Below, piece after piece: positions 57,849-64,000 of a stretch of DNA of 64,000 bases (positions within the stretch are counted from its first letter, which is position 1; each line of letters begins with the position of its first letter). The stretch covers positions 664,296-728,295 of the forward strand of contig NW_003314317.1 in assembly GCF_000143415.4 (NCBI RefSeq), read 5' to 3'. The position numbers and the translations under genes are program-made. Source of the DNA: Selaginella moellendorffii. Lineage: Eukaryota; Plantae; Lycopodiophyta. The notes beneath the pieces are model-generated. The model was not told the origin of the DNA and ran no database searches. It worked only from the letters and a program-made list of their open reading frames with translations.

Positions 57849-60800
57849 AAGCTCTATTTCATTAAAGTGGGAATTGTCATTATCCCACTTGTAAAATAAG
57901 GTTTCCAAACCTTTATATAGTATATAAATATAACAAAATTCAACTGCATTGAGGCACATGCCATTTTATTTTAAACAAGGAAATGTCTACTCAATCACTT
58001 CTCCTCCCCCTGCCACTGCTTCACCTCTCTCTTCTCCTTGTCATCGTCGTCCAATTTCTTTCCATCCTTTTAATATTGGCTCAGTTGCTTCGAGTCTAGG
58101 TGGAGCCTAAGTCCCCATTCAATCTTTACTTTCCCCTTATTAATAAAACAACTTCGTAGACTTCCAATAACATGCTGTAACACTTCTAGTATAATGCAAA
58201 TCCTCTCAAAGAATTGTCTTTTAATATTAATACAATGGCATGGAACCCCATGCCATAATAAGTTACATTTTTAAATAAATACATGCCATCTTAGACTGTT
58301 ATTTTTTGCCTCCAACGCCTATACAATAATCTTGGAATTTCATCACTCTCCACACTATCAGGATTTAAACCCAAAATAGTAATGCCATCTCTTCTCTAAT
58401 ACGTCCACGCTCATGTTCAGTGGTCGAAGAACCCATCCGGTTGAGCAGATTATGGAGATGCGGATAGTGCTTGGCTAGACAATATACATGCCATAAATGA
58501 TGACTGGTGTCTGTCCGATCAAATGGCTTCTGATATACCGTTCCATCTGCCATTTGGTTGATTTCTGCAGCCACCTCCTGGACTGGCCGGTTCTCTATCA
58601 CCATCGCTTCAAGCCGTTTTGCAAGGTCCCCCAGAACATACGGTTTCTTCTCCCTAGTTTCCATACTGCAAGAGATGGGGTGCACTGCATATGTGTGCGT
58701 GTTCGCTGCAGTTTTAATCGGCGAGTCATCGATGATGAGGATTTCACTTGACCTAGCAGTCCGGTTCATCACTACAGCCTCTGCCTTGACGAAGATGGGC
58801 TTGCTACCCCTCACATGGACCATAGTCAAGCAATCCTCCTGCGTTAGGAGAAAGTCAAATGGTAATATTACTCGCGTCTGATCGTGCATCATCTGTAGCA
58901 ACATTAATGCATTGTGGCGCATCATGGATGTCCAAACTCCCAATTGCAAATTGAACCCGGCCCTCTGTTTTAAGTGTCGCATGGTCATTATTAGATCCCG
59001 CAGTTTCTCCCGTGTGATTAATGTGAATCTGTCTCTTTTGACCAACTTGCGACCGCAGGCTTTGGAGGGTGCAGTGACATTCGAGGACGAGCCACGCTCA
59101 TGGGAGAAAAGGACACCGTTCAGATCAAAAACGATACAGTACTTTCGCCGTGACTCTGAAATGAAATGCGTTAGCATAAAAAATGGTACAAGTCAATTTT
59201 ACCATCTACAATATTAGCGAATGGTGCTCCCGATGGTCGTTCAGAGGGTTTTGGTCGAGGAAACGTGAAGGGCGGAAATACTCTCCTCTGCAATGTGGGG
59301 TCAATCGCATCCGATGGCGTGTGGGCACATGCCATTTCAGCTGTAGACTCTGGTACAACTGGCTCAACAGTGGCATGGGGTGGTTCCGATGGCGTGTGAT
59401 CACACGCCATTTCAGCTGGTGCCTCCATTGGCAAAGTGGACATGACCGAACAGGCAGCAGGGGCGGTGTAGGGAGGTTCCAACGGCGCGTAGTCAGACGA
59501 TTGGGCACACGTTGGAAATGAGGATACGACCGGCTCGGCAGCTGGGGCGGCCTCATGCGGGTCCAATGGCGCCTGGTCACCGTCAGTTGGATACGTGGAC
59601 AAGATTGACTCAGTGGTATGGGCAGCATCAAGTGGAGCGTGGTCAGCTTGCTTGGCGTTGATATGGATAGTAGCCTCCACCAGCTCTGATGACTCTTGCA
59701 GGCAAGTAGAGTCCACTGGCGGATCCATATCCAAATATCTCCCTTCGATTGAGATGGTATCCTCCCTACTGGCTACTAAAAACAAACTCATTAGCACATT
59801 GAATCGACTATACTGTATTTACCATCAACTACTATTGAGGAACTAGGACCGATATCACTTGGGCGCACTGCTGATTCTGAAGGATTGGACATACGTTTCG
59901 ACCCTTGCTTGGCACTATCCTTCCTCGACACTAAAGGCTAGAGTTTGTATCTTAATTCAACTGAATAATCTCTACTTACCATTTCTTCTGCGACCTACAT
60001 GGACAATGTTAGAAATGGTAAAAGGTTAGGAATGGATGTACTATTATTTACCTGATGGTTTGTCTTGTATGACCTTCCTCCGCTGCTCTTTGGCCACCTC
60101 AGGCTGGCCATCATCGTCATCATCGTCATCGTCGTTATTGTGATCGTCACCATTGTGAGGACCATCCAAGTCCTCTTCGTCCTCCTCTTCTTCGTCCTCC
60201 TCTTCTTCGCCCTCCTCTTCTTCGTCCTCCTCTTCTTTGTCCTCCTTTTCGTCCTTCTGCTCTTCCTGCTCATTATCTTTCTCTGGCTCCTCATCCCCCT
60301 CCTGCATTTCTTCCATAGGCTGCTCAGGCTGGATGGCTTGTTCTTCCAGGACCATCTTGGGAAAATCATCTGGCCGAGTCTCCATCTCAAAATACAAGAC
60401 ATCCATAGCCTGTTTTAGTGCTTGACCTAGGACCGTATCCTCACCCGACTGTCTTAACATGGTTTCTGCACGTTCTTGCACCCTTCGAAGACGACAAGAT
60501 GAGAAAAACGTGGCCCTGACTTGAAAAGCATCCCTCATCCATTGTACCTCTCCATTGAGATTGGGGAAGGGGACTCCGCCATAGGAATCTGAGTTAGGAG
60601 GTGGTGACTGGCTCCTTTCACCTCTTCAATGGAGTTTGTCACCGCAACACACGGGACACCCTTGAGTAGTGCGGCTCGAAAGAATAGTCCGCCGCAGTTG
60701 TACTCGACAATGCATTTGCCCTTGGAGTCACCCGCTATTGCGTTGAAGACCCAGCTGAGCATTTCCCATGCTGCACCTGGAGCTTTCTTTGGATTCGAAA

Positions 60801-63800
60801 GCTCCATAGCCGTCTTCAGTTCCTCAGGCACGGGTAAATTGACCTCCCTCAGATCAATTCGATCGGCCTTGTTGAACGAAGCTGGGAAGTCACTCCAGTC
60901 CCACTCTACTGCAGGACCAATAACAAGGGCGAGTGTGAAGATGCGGACATTCGTCGGTATCTTCTTCTTAGCCATTATCCCATGGATCTCCCGCACCTCC
61001 TTGCCTTTCAACCGAGCCTTCACCTCGTTCAAGGCCTTCTAGAACTTGTGATAGGATTCGGAGTCGTAGATCATATAGTGGACTGAAGATTCCACCTCCG
61101 CAAGTCCCACCATTAAGTCAATGATGGAGCTGACTTCGTCTGCATGAGTGATCTCTTCGTTTGTGAAGTCCATCACACAAAAGATGTTCTTGACCTGCTC
61201 ATCTCCGCGGGAAACGATGCTCCTCCACCTTTGATCCTCATCTGAATTCACGTATACCCGGTAAGGTTCTCGATAGGCCTCTGCTGCGGGGTCGAGCTGT
61301 TTCTGAAGCCGGCGGTCGACATCCCTCTTAATGAAATTTGGATACTGATCCAACTTCTCAGCTTTACTTTTCGTGGCATCCCGCAGCAGATCGATGAACT
61401 TGGGGGCCCCCTTCACGTACTCGTCGATATCTTCATTTGACAAGTCCAGCTCTTCCATCATCTCTTGCGTGGTGTCGATGCTCACCCTCTCCACGGCCAC
61501 TTGCTCGAAGATCCAATCCTTCAATAGCGCACGAGCTCTCAGAGTCGTGCACAAGTCCTCGTATGTCACAATATGGCCGGGAGTCATTTTGGTCTTGTTG
61601 AAGACTACCTCACCACGTAGAAGAGCATAAGCCACTGTCAGAAGGTCGTCGTCGTCTAGAGACCGCGAGAAACGCAAGGCGTTGAGCTTCAAATCATTGG
61701 GCTTCCGGCCGTCCTCCACACCCATTGAGTTTAACAACTCCCCGTCATGGTACCTCCTCAGCACATCTACCCATTTGTCAAAAACAACTTTTGTCGCAAG
61801 TAGAATGTTATGGATGCTGAGTGTGTCATTGACCCCCAGTGTTTTCGAGAGAAGACTCGAGAATTCCTACAATGGAAATGGCGTGAGGCCACATGCTATG
61901 CCACATGCAACGAGGCTTACCTGCCAGGCGCTAGTTGCTAGTGCACGTCCTTGTCCTGGTTTTTGTGGTTTCTTCAGTTGAACCCAGAGCTTCCGTGTTC
62001 GTGCCAATGTCTCGTGCAGACCCGATTTGTAACACGTTTCTTGCTTGACATTCTGCGCGTGGGAGATGTATATGATAGATCGGAGGGGCGAGTTGCCTTT
62101 TATCAGGCGGACAACTCTTGTCTTGAAGACTTTCTTCACCTCTTCGCCCACCATAATATCCACAACTATTTGTTGCATTGCCAAGCTAGAATGCTGCCCG
62201 GAGACGGCATAGAACCGGATGTTCTGATCGTCCAACACCTTCCTATTGATCAAGTCTGGAAACCTCGTCTCGCCCTTCATTGTTCGGTAGTAGGGGATCA
62301 CGTCTGCGATGTCGGGTGTTACTGAACTTGCCAGCATCTTCTGCTTCAGTTTCTCCACCCACTCATCAGATACTAGCCTGTGGTTGTATTTGCTTTGGAT
62401 GTCGATACGGCTCACGTCGATTGTATATACTTTGTTGGAATAGTAACAAGTACTATTATCTGCGACGATTTTCGCTGCCTCTTCTTGCTCTTTCTGCTCT
62501 TTGCGGCTCTTCTTTTTGGTGGGTGTAGTGTTCGAACCCGAGGCAATGGCATCACCGAGTAGCTTCTTTTTTGGAGCAGCAGAGTCGGACGTCGGCTTGA
62601 GCTTGACCACCCTTTTCTGCTTCGGGGTAGTTTCCAGATCGACCCCCTTCCCCTTCGCTTCGCGAACTGGAGGCACTCTCAACGGCTCAATGTTGGAATA
62701 TAGTTTTTGAACATCGCCATAGGTGAGGTCCGTGGATTCCATGTGATCTTCATAGACCCGCAGCGTCTTTGAAATTGTGGGCCTCCTGGACAACCTCTCC
62801 CTAGCTCCCTCTAGGAATTCCTCATAGCCGCTGCCCCCCTCCGGGAAGCCGCTAGGATGTGCAAGGTGGATCTTGAAGGCGGACGCTGTCTCTACCACAA
62901 GTGCCAGTCCATATTCTTGCATGGAACTACATGGAGTGTCTGTCACTTGGATGAGGATCCCCATGCATTCTTTTCTCCCACCATCTGTGTTGTACAGCAT
63001 CAGATCCTCGCCTTCCATCCCGAAAGTCCAACTGGTGAGCTCCTCCCCCTTTTCTGCATCCACATTGACAGTGGCTGGAAGAAGAACGCAATTCCTCGTC
63101 TGTTCAGAAATGCACAACAATTAGAGCTGACAGATGAAAAGCTAGCAGCTGGAAATAACGTGAGGCCACACGCCATTCACCACTGCATCAGATGTCTTGA
63201 GGCTGCATCCTAAGATGGCGTGAGGCTACACGCCATCTGTAACCGGACTGCACTCGAGAGCCCAATCGGTGCATGCCAATGTTGCTACTGAATGGCATGT
63301 GGCCTCATGCCATTTTCTACTTGGCCTAAAAGACTTACCATTTGAAGCCGAATGGAGGCCGTGACAATCGAGGCCGGACTCGCTGGCGAATGTGCACTGT
63401 GTGTGCAGCGGATCGTAGCAGCAAGGCTACTCTGCCACTTACAGTTGGAGAGTGGCGCTGAAATCTCCCGGGACGCCAAGTGGGCTGCGTGTGGGTGGCG
63501 GACTGGGCGGCGGAGTTGGCGGCGAAGTTACAAACTGGGTGTGTCTTGAAGTGGACGCTGATGCACATGAGCGCGATGCGAGCGCGAGTGTGATGCAAGC
63601 GCGAGTGGACGCCGATGCACACGAGAAACCTGTAGAGAAGGTAGATGAGCGCGAATGTGAGCGTGATCGCGAGGGGGAGTGCGATGCGAGCGCGAGTGTG
63701 ATGCGAGCGCGAGCGCAAGTACGAAGCAAAATGCAAAACCTAACCTCACACGCGCGAAATGTCACAACGGTTGGTAATCCCGCCACGTCATCATTCCTCG

Positions 63801-64000
63801 GACTTGGGCGCCACCATTAATTTCTGGATTGCCGCGCGCATGCAAGCACGCAAAATCCAAAAGAAATCCACAACGTCATCATTCCTCGGACTGCATGCAC
63901 GCGAAATCCAAAAGAAAGATCATGATTGGGATATCATTTAATACCCTCGCTATATTTATACCATGCATGATTGGATATTCCAAAGCATCTTGTATTTCCA
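57849..64000. mobile_element. Second copy of the DNA transposon (runs off the window end)
   Basis: Starts with TIR AAGCTCTATTTCATTAAAGTGGGA and is near-identical to 33337-40040. Confidence 0.95.
58290..63341 (-). pseudogene. Defective copy of the ParB-MTase-like-phosphatase gene
   Basis: TGG>TAG at about 61039, a 569-bp deletion at about 60621, and a +2 frameshift at about 58373. Confidence 0.8.

Overview
Repeat-dense eukaryotic DNA, most likely from a non-seed land plant such as a lycophyte or bryophyte. This is an inference from the 47-57 nt GT-AG introns, TTTAGGG repeats, Tcn1-like chromovirus and tandem-kinase gene type. There is one host gene (6446-9874): an intronless tandem kinase with architecture helical domain-kinase-helical domain-pseudokinase-Ig/PH-like. 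Most of the rest is nested LTR retroelements: a large non-coding tRNA-Met-primed LTR family, a Ty3/Gypsy chromovirus (19684-27186), and Tcn1-like elements with a Tf1-type self-priming signature, one split by a 2.3-kb inversion. The main find is a 12.8-kb cut-and-paste DNA transposon (33337-46124; 24-bp TIRs; 4-bp TSD ATGA confirmed by an empty paralogous site; second copy from 57849). It encodes a Sola-like DDE transposase and, divergently, an 11-exon gene of about 1637 codons. That gene fuses a ParB/Srx-like domain, a degenerate beta-class amino-methyltransferase-like fold and an FCP1/NIF-type HAD phosphatase. The element carries about 26 copies of a 22-bp palindrome, ATGGCRTG-N6-CAYGCCAT, in its introns, intergenic region and even coding linkers. 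I propose this as a candidate ParB/parS-like self-recognition (possibly anti-silencing) system. All domain calls were made by eye from motifs; no database searches were run.
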